Assembly: GCA_965203965.1 (NCBI GenBank)
Contig: CBDBDR010000017.1
Location: 160,001 to 224,000, forward strand
Length of the DNA stretch: 64,000 bases
Origin: Thermodesulfobacteriota bacterium
GTDB lineage: Bacteria; Desulfobacterota_D; UBA1144; Nemesobacterales; JAJCZQ01
Reading direction: 5' to 3'
Made by a program: the position numbers and the translations under genes. Positions within the stretch are counted from its first letter, which is position 1; every line of letters starts with the position of its first letter. This document shows, one piece after another, positions 1 through 9,698 of this stretch. The notes beneath the pieces were generated by a model that made no database searches, was not told where the DNA came from, and worked only from the letters and a program-made list of their open reading frames with translations.

Positions 1-354
1 CAGCACGCAATCCTTAAAAGGCCAATCCAAAACAACTTCGTTTCTCTCACTTAACAATTTATTGCCAACCCGTAAGCCGATTTTGTTTTGATATTGTGTA
101 TATGAATTATCAAGTTTGTTTTCATCAATAAAAAATTTCAGTTCATTATGCTTTAACACAAAAACATTATTTACTTTTATAAAAAACTTTTCTTTTGTTT
201 GCTCGTCGCTGAGCAAAAGATTGATTAGGTTTTCGTCCAACCAATCAATCAAATCTTTCAAAAGAGTTTCGTTAAACTCATTTGTTTCTTGATCCCACAA
301 ACGGGAATCTTTTTTGAGCAATTTATACAAATTGTTCTTAAATGTGCTTGTCAT
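1..354 (-). CDS. mod: Type III restriction-modification methyltransferase (Mod) subunit, N-terminal part; runs off the left edge
   Basis: Not in the ORF track. Hand translation from ATG 354 gives 118 open codons: MTSTFKNNLYKLLKKDSRLWDQE...DNSYTQYQNKIGLRVGNKLLSERNEVVLDWPFKDCVL. The SYTxYxNKIGL...VVLxWPFKDCVL segment is typical of the N-terminus of a Type III Mod family. Confidence 0.8.
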   Translation of the reverse strand, partial: MTSTFKNNLYKLLKKDSRLWDQETNEFNETLLKDLIDWLDENLINLLLSDEQTKEKFFIKVNNVFVLKHNELKFFIDENKLDNSYTQYQNKIGLRVGNKLLSERNEVVLDWPFKDCVL

Positions 355-499
355 AATAAAATCTTATTTAGTAAATTATCAACGCCAACCTCAAGAGCTT
401 TGGTGATTTTGGAAATGGTATCAATTGTCAGATTTTTGTTCTCCCCGTTTTCTATCTTATTTCGGCGCGGATCTTTTTTAAATTATTCGCTATGCTCAT
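351..499 (-). pseudogene. XRE-family HTH / controller(C)-protein-like gene, internally deleted and frameshifted
   Basis: MSIANNLKKIRAE then, in another frame, KIENGENKNLTIDTISKITKALEVGVDNLLNKILL*. These are helix 1 and helices 4-5 of a Cro/CI-type HTH; about 20 residues containing the HTH core are missing. Its TGA overlaps the mod ATG (ATGA). Confidence 0.75.
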
Positions 500-677
500 A
501 GTTATAATTATATAATTTAACGTATAGATTATAATATAAAGTATGAAAACTTTATATTTTACTAATAACGGATTTCTTGAATTTTGCAAAGTCAACATAG
601 ACCCCGAGGTGCGGTGGATTCGTGGTTTGCGCTCCGCGATTGTTGCTCGAAAAAGGTTAGAGCAAAAGATATAATCT

Positions 678-768
<91 letters not shown>

Positions 769-843
769 GTAAACTATTTTGAAAGGACGGCACTTTAAAC
801 ATAAAACGAACGGAATTAAAGAGTCATGACGTGTTTGTTTCTA

Positions 844-1230
844 TTATTGTTTGGGTTGACATTTGCAAATATCAACCCTGATATATTCAACCACGTTGAT
901 TACATCTTCAGGTTTAATTATGCCTTCCCATGGAGGCATAAAAGCAGATTTTCCAACCGACGCTCCACCTTTGCTTACAACTTTTATAAGATGCTCATTG
1001 CTCAAGCCCGAGACGTATTTAGCATCACTCAGATCCCTTGGCTTCGGATCAAGGGCAGCAGCAGCCACGCCGTCTCCCTTGCCACCCGGTCCATGACAGG
1101 AAACACAAAAGCTGTTGTATATAGCCTTACCTTTTGATGCGTCACCAGCCGCGTGACTATCTGGTGAGACAATGAAACTCAAACCTGAAAACATCAGGGT
1201 CAATAAGATCAATTTTAAGTTCATGTTCAC
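844..1230 (-). CDS. Periplasmic monoheme cytochrome c
   Basis: Signal peptide, CVSCH heme motif, PKPRDL and distal MPPW methionine ligand. Confidence 0.92.
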   Translation of the reverse strand: MNMNLKLILLTLMFSGLSFIVSPDSHAAGDASKGKAIYNSFCVSCHGPGGKGDGVAAAALDPKPRDLSDAKYVSGLSNEHLIKVVSKGGASVGKSAFMPPWEGIIKPEDVINVVEYIRVDICKCQPKQ

Positions 1231-1281
1231 GTTGTTACCCCTTGCTTTTTAATTAGCTATTAACCTTAACATCAAATTATA

Positions 1282-1310
1282 TTGATAAAAATTTTTTATG
1301 TAAGGATAAT
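1282..1310 (+). promoter_or_regulatory. Putative sigma70 promoter of tRNA-Leu
   Basis: TTGATA-N17-GATAAT ending 10 nt before the tRNA. Confidence 0.55.
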
Positions 1311-1320
1311 TATCGCTTAT

Positions 1321-1402
1321 GGGCGGGTGGCGGAATGGTAGACGCGACGGTCTCAAAAACCGTTGGGCTTTGCCCGTGAGGGTTCGACTCCCTCTCCGCC
1401 TA
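1321..1402 (+). tRNA. tRNA-Leu(CAA)
   Basis: GGGCGGGTGGCGGAATGGTAGACGCG...TCTCAAAAA...GGTTCGACTCCCTCTCCGCCTA; CCA not encoded. Confidence 0.95.
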
Positions 1403-1448
1403 TTTTGGAATTTAGCTTATGCTGTATGCAGTATTAGGATAGCAAGAT

Positions 1449-1877
1449 ATGAAAAAATATAGTTTTGTTATAAAGTTGTTCATAGCGGTGTTTATTCTAA
1501 CGTTTATGGTCAGTGGTTGTATGACGGCTATGGAGCACCACCAAAACCTTCCACAAACTCAGGAAAGGGAATTCACAACTGGGCTTGTGCAAAAAGAAAT
1601 CAGAAAAGGTATGACCCAGGCTGAAGTAGCAGGATCTCTTGGATCACCGAATATTGTTACAAGAGATGAAAGTGGGCTTGAAACATGGATATATGATAAG
1701 ATCGCATCTGAAGTATCTTATTCAAGGGACGCCGGTAGTACAGGAATACTTGGTATTATAATTGGCTATGCAAAGGAAGCAGGAGCCACATCCACCACGC
1801 AAAGAACCCTTACGGTCATTATCAAATTCAAAGACAATAGAGTTGATTCATTTTCATACCATTCATCCAAGTTTTAG
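1449..1877 (+). CDS. SmpA/OmlA (BamE-like) domain lipoprotein
   Basis: Lipobox VSGC; IRKGMTQAEVAGSLGSPN...ETWIY pattern. Confidence 0.7.
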   Translation: MKKYSFVIKLFIAVFILTFMVSGCMTAMEHHQNLPQTQEREFTTGLVQKEIRKGMTQAEVAGSLGSPNIVTRDESGLETWIYDKIASEVSYSRDAGSTGILGIIIGYAKEAGATSTTQRTLTVIIKFKDNRVDSFSYHSSKF

Positions 1878-1889
1878 TGGGAGAAATAG

Positions 1890-2399
1890 ATGGCTAATCA
1901 CAGTAAAAAATTTCTTGCCCTTTTATTTTCGGTTTTTTTAGTTTGGGGTTGTACTCCTAAGAATGTTTCGACAACTAAATCACAACTTGAAGTTCGTCAG
2001 ATACAAACAAAGGTTTTTCAAACGGATGACTACAGAGGTGTTCTAAAAGCTGTTTTAAATATTCTTCAGGATGATGGATACATAATAGACAGTGTAAATG
2101 ACGGATTGGGTTTTTTAAAAGCTCAAAAAGAAATTGACGTTGAGAGTAGATGGAGAAAGATAGCTACCTCAGTTTTTTCAGATGATGAGGCTAGATGGGC
2201 AAAACTCAACATAATTGAAGTTTCCTGCAATGTGACCCAATTTGGTAATAAAACAAAGGTCAGAGCTAACTTTCGGTCTAAACTAGTGAGCAATAGGAAT
2301 GAAGTTATTAATTCGTATCAAGTTGAAGATGAAAATTTCTATAGAGATTTTTTCTCCAAAGTTGATAAATCTATATTTTTAGAAGAAGAGGGCATATAA
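1890..2399 (+). CDS. Hypothetical lipoprotein
   Basis: Lipobox VWGC, GGGAG SD, 12 nt after the preceding gene. Confidence 0.75.
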   Translation: MANHSKKFLALLFSVFLVWGCTPKNVSTTKSQLEVRQIQTKVFQTDDYRGVLKAVLNILQDDGYIIDSVNDGLGFLKAQKEIDVESRWRKIATSVFSDDEARWAKLNIIEVSCNVTQFGNKTKVRANFRSKLVSNRNEVINSYQVEDENFYRDFFSKVDKSIFLEEEGI

Positions 2400-2415
2400 A
2401 GACGGAAAATTCTTT

Positions 2416-3582
2416 TTAGTATCTTGCCATTTTTGGATCAAACTTCTCCGCCCACTCATCAATGCCACCCTTCAGGTTAAACACGTCCTTAAACCCTTTT
2501 TCTTTTAAGATCGCTGCTGCTTTCATGCTTCTCCCACCATGATGACAATGAACCACAGTCTGCACATCGGGGTTTAATTCACCAATTCTGTCCTTTATTT
2601 CTCCGAGTGGAATGAGTTTTGAACCTTCTATATTGCAAATTTCGTATTCGTGTATTTCCCTAGTGTCAATTAATTGTATCTTCCCGTTGGCATTTTTCCT
2701 TTTTTCATAAAATTCTTCAACAGAGATGCTTTTTACCTGGATATGCTCTTTCTCTTTCGTTTCTTCTTTGCCAAGTTCTCCTCTGCCAATGCCGCAAAAT
2801 TCCTCATAATCAATCAACTCTGTTATCGTAGGATTGTCTCCACAGATCGGGCAATTAGGATCCTTTGCTAACTTCAGGATTCTCGGCTCCATTTTTAGAA
2901 CGTCCATGAACAGCAATTTACCTATAAGAGGTTCACCCTGTCCGATTATGAGCTTTACAACTTCTGAAGCCTGCAGGGTTCCCACTACCCCAGGAAGTAT
3001 TCCAAGAACCCCACCTTCTGCACAACTCGGGACAAGTCCAGGTGGAGGGGGTTCGGGGTAAAGGCACCTGTAGCATGGGCCATTTTCAGCGTCAAATACA
3101 CTTACCTGACCTTCAAATCTGAATATGCTTCCATATACATTAGGTTTTCCCAGCAAAACACAGGTGTCATTTGTCAAATATCTGGTTGCAAAATTGTCAG
3201 TGCCATCAACAACTATGTCGTAGTCTTTTACTATATCCATTGCATTGTCAGAGACAAATCTCTCATTGTAGGTTTGTATCTCTATGTTGGAATTGAGTTC
3301 AAGGAGCCTATTTTTAGCGGACTCAACCTTCAACTCACCAACAGTTTTTTCGCTATGGATAACCTGTCGTTGTAAATTGCTGAAGTCAACAACGTCAAAG
3401 TCAAGAATGCCGAGCTTTCCCACTCCTGCGGCCGTAAGATACAACATCAGAGGAGAACCAAGCCCTCCTGCACCAATACACAGGACTTTGGCATTTTTGA
3501 GCTTTTTCTGGCCTTCAAGACCCACTTCAGGCATTATCAGATGCCTGCTATATCTGCTTATTTCTTGATTGGTTAAGTTCAT
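2416..3582 (-). CDS. moeB: MoeB/MoeZ-type sulfur-carrier adenylyltransferase with C-terminal rhodanese
   Basis: RYSRH, GAGGLG, SNLQRQ, CYRC...CPIC zinc motifs; rhodanese CHHGGRS and LKGGIDEW. Confidence 0.92.
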   Translation of the reverse strand: MNLTNQEISRYSRHLIMPEVGLEGQKKLKNAKVLCIGAGGLGSPLMLYLTAAGVGKLGILDFDVVDFSNLQRQVIHSEKTVGELKVESAKNRLLELNSNIEIQTYNERFVSDNAMDIVKDYDIVVDGTDNFATRYLTNDTCVLLGKPNVYGSIFRFEGQVSVFDAENGPCYRCLYPEPPPPGLVPSCAEGGVLGILPGVVGTLQASEVVKLIIGQGEPLIGKLLFMDVLKMEPRILKLAKDPNCPICGDNPTITELIDYEEFCGIGRGELGKEETKEKEHIQVKSISVEEFYEKRKNANGKIQLIDTREIHEYEICNIEGSKLIPLGEIKDRIGELNPDVQTVVHCHHGGRSMKAAAILKEKGFKDVFNLKGGIDEWAEKFDPKMARY

Positions 3583-3762
3583 TTCATTTATAGACCAAAA
3601 TAAAATAAGCTATAGGATAATATTAGTTTCGCAATTTTCAATAAATTGTTTAAAAGAAGGATAGGTAAAAACTTAACACAAATCCTCTAACAACAATTAA
3701 TTAGAATTGGTGCAAAACAATAAAGAGTGAGCAGAAACTAAAATAAATTGTGAACAAAAAAT

Positions 3763-3969
3763 TTAAGAAATTTTCACTACTTTGGTTGCTGAAGGTCCCT
3801 TTGATCCTTTGGAAGATTCAAACTGAACAACTTCACCTTCGTTCAGGCTTTTGTAACCATCACCCTCAATCGAGCTGTAATGAACAAAAACTTCTTCCCC
3901 GTCATCATCGGAAACTAAAAAACCATAACCTTTTGTGCTGTTAAACCATTTTACAGTACCTTGCTTCAA
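3763..3969 (-). CDS. Cold-shock protein
   Basis: GTVKWFNSTKGYGF, VFVHYS motifs; start reassigned to TTG 3969 behind a GGAGGTG SD. Confidence 0.95.
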   Translation of the reverse strand: MKQGTVKWFNSTKGYGFLVSDDDGEEVFVHYSSIEGDGYKSLNEGEVVQFESSKGSKGPSATKVVKIS

Positions 3970-4111
3970 TAAATTCACCTCCAAAAAAAATAACAATCGC
4001 TAATTATTTCACAGTAAAAAATTTTGTCAATGGTAATTTTAAAAATAATACACGAGCTTTTTAATGTTATATTTCAAGTCTTATCAATTTGGTATCAATA
4101 GGGGAATTTAA

Positions 4112-5263
4112 ATGGCAAGCCACATAGAAAACAAACAGGAACTCAGAAAATTATTTCCTGTTACTCAGGATTGCATATATCTTGATCATTCAGCCGTTGC
4201 ACCCATATCTTCAAATGCGTCCGAGGCTGTAATAAATTTTGTAAATGAGGCCTCATACAAGTCAGGCTTTGCGTATGAAAAGTGGGTTCAAAACATAGAG
4301 AGCGTCAGAGAAAGTTTTTCAAAGTTGATTGGGGCGGAAGCAAATGAGATAGCTTTTGTAAGAAATACCTCCCATGGTATTTCCCTTGTTGCATCGGGTG
4401 TGGACTGGAAAGAAGGAGATTCTATAATTATTTATGAAAAAGAGTTTCCCTCCAACGTCTATCCATGGCTTGGACTTGAGTCGGCAGGGGTGAAGGTAAA
4501 ATACATAAGGCCGGAAGGTGTTGAAATTACGCTTGATGACGTTATAGAGCTTTCAGATGCTTCAACTCGTCTGATTTCAATAAGTTCCGTTCAGTTTACA
4601 ACTGGTTTCAAGCCAGATATTGAATCAATAGGGAAATTCTGCCGGGAAAATAATATTCTTTTTTTTGTGGATTGCATACAAAGCCTCGGTATTGTGCCAA
4701 TAGATGTAAAGCAGTGCAAAATTGATTTTCTGGCAGCCGATGGACACAAGTGGATGCTTTCTCCTGAGGGAACGGGGATTTTTTACTGTAACAAAGAAGT
4801 TACAGACCGTGTTAAACCACCTTTGATCGGTTGGAAGACCGTTGTTAATGAACATGAATATGAAGAGATCGATTTCTCGGTAAAACCAAATGCTCTGAAG
4901 TTTGAGGAAGGCTCCCTTCCAGTTGCAGGTATCCTCGCACTGGGTGCTTCGCTTGAGCTACTGATGAGCGTGGGTATTGAAAAGATCAACAAAGAAATAT
5001 ACAGATTAGGTGAGTTAATCATAGATAATGCTAAAAGCAGGGGCTTTCACCTAATAACTCCAGAGGATAAGAGTAAAAGAGGAGGTGCAATAACTTTCTC
5101 GGGGTCGTTTGATCCTCATAAACTCAGACTGGAACTGCGGGAGAGACGTATAATGGTAAACGTAAGGGGGGGTGGGTTGAGAGTATCTCCTCATTTTTAT
5201 AATACAGACGAAGAAATATCATCATTATTTGCTGAAATAGATAATACAGTAAAATTTTCCTGA
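4112..5263 (+). CDS. Class V PLP-dependent enzyme (C-S lyase / cysteine-desulfurase-like fold)
   Basis: YLDHSAVAP, VDCIQSLG, ADGHKWMLSP (PLP lysine), LRVSPHFYN. Confidence 0.85.
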   Translation: MASHIENKQELRKLFPVTQDCIYLDHSAVAPISSNASEAVINFVNEASYKSGFAYEKWVQNIESVRESFSKLIGAEANEIAFVRNTSHGISLVASGVDWKEGDSIIIYEKEFPSNVYPWLGLESAGVKVKYIRPEGVEITLDDVIELSDASTRLISISSVQFTTGFKPDIESIGKFCRENNILFFVDCIQSLGIVPIDVKQCKIDFLAADGHKWMLSPEGTGIFYCNKEVTDRVKPPLIGWKTVVNEHEYEEIDFSVKPNALKFEEGSLPVAGILALGASLELLMSVGIEKINKEIYRLGELIIDNAKSRGFHLITPEDKSKRGGAITFSGSFDPHKLRLELRERRIMVNVRGGGLRVSPHFYNTDEEISSLFAEIDNTVKFS

Positions 5264-5362
5264 ATTTTCCCAAAATAACGGGGGAAGACAAGACGAAGTA
5301 GTTTTGTTAAGAATTATGGATTGGGTATGTTACACAATTACACCATTTTGGAGGGGAGAGTT

Positions 5363-7855
5363 ATGATTACTGTTAAAGACCATTGGTTTAAATGTCAATT
5401 AAACTTTCTTATCGCTTTTTTCTTGCTTGTGAGTGCTGGTTTGATTGCACTGACCACGTCCGCTGGTGCACAAGGGGACGATCCACAAGAAGATAGTTTG
5501 GATTCTGTTTTTCTCGAGGAGATAGTGGTTACGGCAAGGAAGCGGGAGGAATTGATCCAGGAAGTGCCTTTATCTATATCTTATTTTAGCTCCGAGAAGA
5601 TAGAAGACCTGAAAGTTCGTGACCTAACCAGTTTGTCGGTGAATATGCCAAATGTGGCATTGGATGATGTTGGCACGATCCAGGGGATTGCCAATTTTTC
5701 AATTCGCGGTTTGAGTATCAGCAGTTCCATACCTTCCATTGATCCAACCACAGGAGTTTTTATTGATGGTATATACATGGGTTTGAATCCTTCAGTGTTG
5801 TTTGACACTTTTGATTTGGAGAGCATAGAAGTGCTGCGGGGTCCACAGGGAACGCTGTTTGGCAAAAATGTTACGGGAGGTGCAATATTACTGAATACAA
5901 AAAAGCCAGGCGATCAATTTGAATTTTCTTTCCGAACCTCAATTGAGGGAGGAGGTGAGAGTCCGAATGCTTATTTAACTACAAGCGTTGGTGGTCCGGT
6001 AAGTGATTCAATAGGCTTCAGGTTGTCATTTTATACCAATCAGGACGAGGGTTGGTTTAAGAATGCCTACACAGGTGATGATTTTGGTGAAGCGGATACT
6101 GTAATGTTTCGTCCGGTTCTGAGCTGGCAGCCAACTGATAATATAAGCCTGGTTTTGCGATATGAATATCAGGATATCAATACTGATGGTCCAGCGGGAC
6201 AGAGTCTCAAGAATGGACGGGATAACCCTACTACATTGTTAGGTTTGCTAAATCCAGCTCTTGCACCTGACCGGTTACCTTATTTTGACCAAGATAGCCA
6301 TGATTTCAGCATTGACGAGGAGGGTTTCAGGACAAACAAGAACCACTTTTTTAGTGCTCGGGCAGATTGGGACATTGATTTTGGAGAGGGTACTATAACC
6401 AACATTTTTGGCTGGTTTGATTCTAAAGGATCAGCCCTGATAGACCTTGATGCTTCACCGTCTGACATTATTAAAGTAAATGCAGCGTATGAAGCGAGGC
6501 AGTTCAGCAATGAGTTACGCTACACTGGCACCTTCTATGACAGGTTGCAACTTACCTCCGGTTTTTACTACTATAACAGTTCTACCGATTATAATGAGCG
6601 ACGCTTGGTTCTTGGAGATTTTTTAACCTTCTTGAGCTCACCTACAGGGCAAGGATTACTAACTACTTTGCCTAGCCTAGCACAAATGGGAGTTATACCT
6701 CCTGGAGCTGCTGAACTTTTTGGAGGTTTGAATCAATTGGTTCAAAATGGTGCGCGTAATTTGACCCAGAATGGGGGAGGTAATCACGATGTGGAATCGC
6801 TTGCATTTTTCATGTCATTGGATTACAAGATTACCAGCCGGTTGACGCTGATTGCTGGGATGCGATACACTAATGAAGAAAAAAAAGCTCGTATCAATTA
6901 TTTGGAAGCTGATTTAAGTTCAATTATACAGGAGAGTTTAGTTCCTGTTCCTTGCGATATAGTTGAAGGACCTGACTGTGAGGTTGATTTTCAAGACAGA
7001 GAAAGTTGGAATGATCTATCGCCCAAAGTTGGTCTTTCATTACGCCTCAGGGATGATGTAAATCTTTATGGACACTGGACAAGAGGCTTTCGATCAGGGG
7101 GTTACAACCTTCGCCATGTTGGACCCAGCCCTGGAATAGAACCTGGCCCGTACGATCAGGAACGGATAGACAGCTTTGAAACCGGCTTCAAATTTTTTGG
7201 ACAACGTGCCCGCTTCAGCAGTGCTTTCTTTTATAATTTGATTAAGGATTTTCAGCAGGAAGTGCCCAAAACTGATCCGATCGCCGCCGTAGTGCAAATC
7301 ATAGAGAACACCGCCGACGCGGAGATATTTGGTTTTGAATTGGACGGATCATTTGCTTTGACGAGGGGTTTTTTCCTGCTTGCTTCTTTGGGATACATAA
7401 ACGCAGAATACACCGATGCCAAGTTTGATTTGAATGACGATGGAGCCATAGACGGCAGGGATGAGGATCTTGAGTTGCCACGCGCTGCCAAGTGGACTTA
7501 CAGCGTGGGTATGCTTCATAACTTCAAGATCGGCAGTCATGGTGGGGTTGCCTCTCGCATTAACTACGCCTACAGGGATGACTCATTTCTTACTCACGAT
7601 AACCGAGGCATTTTAAGGGAGCAAAATATAATAGATGCAGCTATACAGTTTTACTCTAACGGGGGTCAGTGGTCAATTAGTTTATACGGCAAAAACCTTC
7701 TTAATGAAGTCAAACACGGAGGGCATAGTTTTCTACCGCAGGGATTGGGAACTGTGGGGGAATTGGGATCTGTAGAAAGATTAGGTGGTACCTTTTCCCC
7801 GCTGGCAAAGGGCAGGATATATGGTTTAGAATTAGCCTACAAGTTTTCAAAGTGA
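5363..7855 (+). CDS. TonB-dependent receptor
   Basis: EEIVVTARKREE TonB box/plug start, IEVLRGPQGTLFG, GFRSGGYN, terminal YGLELAYKF strand; ATG 5363 follows GGAGGGGAG. Confidence 0.93.
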   Translation: MITVKDHWFKCQLNFLIAFFLLVSAGLIALTTSAGAQGDDPQEDSLDSVFLEEIVVTARKREELIQEVPLSISYFSSEKIEDLKVRDLTSLSVNMPNVALDDVGTIQGIANFSIRGLSISSSIPSIDPTTGVFIDGIYMGLNPSVLFDTFDLESIEVLRGPQGTLFGKNVTGGAILLNTKKPGDQFEFSFRTSIEGGGESPNAYLTTSVGGPVSDSIGFRLSFYTNQDEGWFKNAYTGDDFGEADTVMFRPVLSWQPTDNISLVLRYEYQDINTDGPAGQSLKNGRDNPTTLLGLLNPALAPDRLPYFDQDSHDFSIDEEGFRTNKNHFFSARADWDIDFGEGTITNIFGWFDSKGSALIDLDASPSDIIKVNAAYEARQFSNELRYTGTFYDRLQLTSGFYYYNSSTDYNERRLVLGDFLTFLSSPTGQGLLTTLPSLAQMGVIPPGAAELFGGLNQLVQNGARNLTQNGGGNHDVESLAFFMSLDYKITSRLTLIAGMRYTNEEKKARINYLEADLSSIIQESLVPVPCDIVEGPDCEVDFQDRESWNDLSPKVGLSLRLRDDVNLYGHWTRGFRSGGYNLRHVGPSPGIEPGPYDQERIDSFETGFKFFGQRARFSSAFFYNLIKDFQQEVPKTDPIAAVVQIIENTADAEIFGFELDGSFALTRGFFLLASLGYINAEYTDAKFDLNDDGAIDGRDEDLELPRAAKWTYSVGMLHNFKIGSHGGVASRINYAYRDDSFLTHDNRGILREQNIIDAAIQFYSNGGQWSISLYGKNLLNEVKHGGHSFLPQGLGTVGELGSVERLGGTFSPLAKGRIYGLELAYKFSK

Positions 7856-7888
7856 TTTCATCATGTAGAGATTGATATAGGCTGACGT

Positions 7889-8740
7889 ATGATAAGAAGT
7901 ATAAAGGATAAGGTGTGGGTGTTTGACGTGGAGTGGGTTCCTGATCCAGTTGCTGGAAGATTAGTGCATAAACTTTCCAAAGATAGTTCCGACAGGGAGG
8001 TTTTAAATAAGATGTGGGAAGCAGGTGATGCCACTGATGATAATCCCATGCCGTTCTTGAAAACGATAGTATCTAGAGTCGTGTCTTTATCCGCGGTTAT
8101 AAGACATAAGGAAGGAGACGACATCCGTCTTGATCTGCGCTCGCTGCCTTCCATTCCCGTCAATGAAAGTGAGGCGAATGAGAAACATATAATTCAGGTT
8201 TTTCTTGACGCGATTGGAAAGGAAAAGCCTCAGGTTGTGGGATATAACTCGGTGTCCGCGGATCTGAAAATCCTGATACAGCGAGGCATAGCCAATGGAA
8301 TTCAGGCAAAGGAGTTTTCTAAGAGGCCTGATAAGCCGTGGGATCCCATACCAGATTACTTTTCAGAAAGGAATGACTACAACGTGGATCTGATGAGGGT
8401 TGTAAGCGGATGGGGTAGATTTACGCCGTCATTAAATGAAATTGCACTTGTTTCAGGTATTCCAGGCAAACTGGAAGTTGAGGGACAGGAAGTAGCTCTG
8501 ATGTGGTTAGATGGCAGGATAGATGATATTATAGCTTATAATGAGTTTGATGCTTTAACAACCTATCTTTTATGGCTGAGGGTGGTGCACTTTGCCGGAT
8601 TGTTCAATGGCGAGCAATACTTGGAAGAGCAGGATAAAGTGGAACAGTTAATTATACGTGAATCGGAAAAAGAAGAGAGAAAGCATCTGATTAAATTTTT
8701 AGAAGAGTGGAAAAGGTTAAGAAATATCCACAGTAACTGA
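7889..8740 (+). CDS. PolB-like 3'-5' exonuclease (DEDD family, stand-alone)
   Basis: FDVEW (ExoI), VGYNS..ADL (ExoII), YNEFD (ExoIII). Confidence 0.8.
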   Translation: MIRSIKDKVWVFDVEWVPDPVAGRLVHKLSKDSSDREVLNKMWEAGDATDDNPMPFLKTIVSRVVSLSAVIRHKEGDDIRLDLRSLPSIPVNESEANEKHIIQVFLDAIGKEKPQVVGYNSVSADLKILIQRGIANGIQAKEFSKRPDKPWDPIPDYFSERNDYNVDLMRVVSGWGRFTPSLNEIALVSGIPGKLEVEGQEVALMWLDGRIDDIIAYNEFDALTTYLLWLRVVHFAGLFNGEQYLEEQDKVEQLIIRESEKEERKHLIKFLEEWKRLRNIHSN

Positions 8741-8747
8741 CCCTAAA

Positions 8748-9689
8748 ATGAAGCAAATTGCCGTTTTATCCTTGTATAAATTTGTGGAGATAAAGGATAC
8801 GGAATCATTAAAGGAGCGATTGCTTCAAAAATGCAATGAACTTAACATAAAAGGAACTTTTATAATAGCAAGTGAGGGAATTAACGGCACTATTGCCGCA
8901 AGTATAAGCAGCGTTGAAGCCATGGTCGCGTTTTTGAGTATTGATGTGGGGTTTGGCAATTTTGAACGTAAATATTCCTACGATTGTAAAATTCCTTTTT
9001 ACAGAATGAAGGTAAAGATCAAAGATGAAATTATACCGCTTGGTGTTGGGGGAGTTGATCCGAGTGAACAAGTTGGGACTTATGTAAACCCGTCCGATTG
9101 GAACGAGCTTGTTGAAGATGACGGAACCTTATTGGTTGACACTAGAAATGATTATGAAGCAGAGATAGGAACATTCAAAAATGCGTTAAATCCTAAAACA
9201 CAAAAATTCAGGGATTTTCCTGAATTTATTAAAGAAAGACTTGACCCTAAAAAACACAGCAGAGTTGCATTGTTCTGCACGGGTGGTATCAGGTGTGAAA
9301 AAGCCTCATCCTATATGCTAAGGGAAGGTTTTACGGATGTTTACCAGCTTAAAGGGGGAATACTTAAGTATCTTGAGGAAGTGCCAAGAGGGCAAAGCAC
9401 TTGGGAAGGTGAATGCTTTGTTTTTGATAACAGAGCATCAGTGGACCATGATCTGCAAAATGGCGTCTATGAGTTGTGCCACAACTGCCGTTATCCAGTT
9501 TCTCCTAGAGATAAGGATTCTGAATACTATGAAGAGGGGATATCATGTTCGAGGTGTTTTGATAAGATCACTAGCAGCAGAAGAAAGTCGCTTGAAGAAA
9601 GAAATAAGCAGATTGAACTTGCAAGGAATAGAGGTCAACAACATTTGGGTTTTAACCAGAAATTGAGAAAAAATTCATCCATTACCTGA
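8748..9689 (+). CDS. trhO: tRNA U34 hydroxylase TrhO (UPF0176 rhodanese family)
   Basis: EGINGT, DTRNDYE..IGTF, FCTGGIRCEKAS, LKGGILKY, GECFVFD. Confidence 0.9.
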   Translation: MKQIAVLSLYKFVEIKDTESLKERLLQKCNELNIKGTFIIASEGINGTIAASISSVEAMVAFLSIDVGFGNFERKYSYDCKIPFYRMKVKIKDEIIPLGVGGVDPSEQVGTYVNPSDWNELVEDDGTLLVDTRNDYEAEIGTFKNALNPKTQKFRDFPEFIKERLDPKKHSRVALFCTGGIRCEKASSYMLREGFTDVYQLKGGILKYLEEVPRGQSTWEGECFVFDNRASVDHDLQNGVYELCHNCRYPVSPRDKDSEYYEEGISCSRCFDKITSSRRKSLEERNKQIELARNRGQQHLGFNQKLRKNSSIT

Positions 9690-9698
9690 TTGATATTT

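Noticed and set aside
1..354. Phase-variable simple sequence repeat in the mod gene
   Set aside because: No tandem repeat tract in the visible 118 codons; only short A/T runs, all in frame.
5278..5293. ACGGGGGAAGACAAGA, nearly identical to ACGGGGGAGACAAGA at 28697-28711
   Set aside because: Short, purine-rich and SD-like, only two copies and at different distances from starts; compatible with chance.
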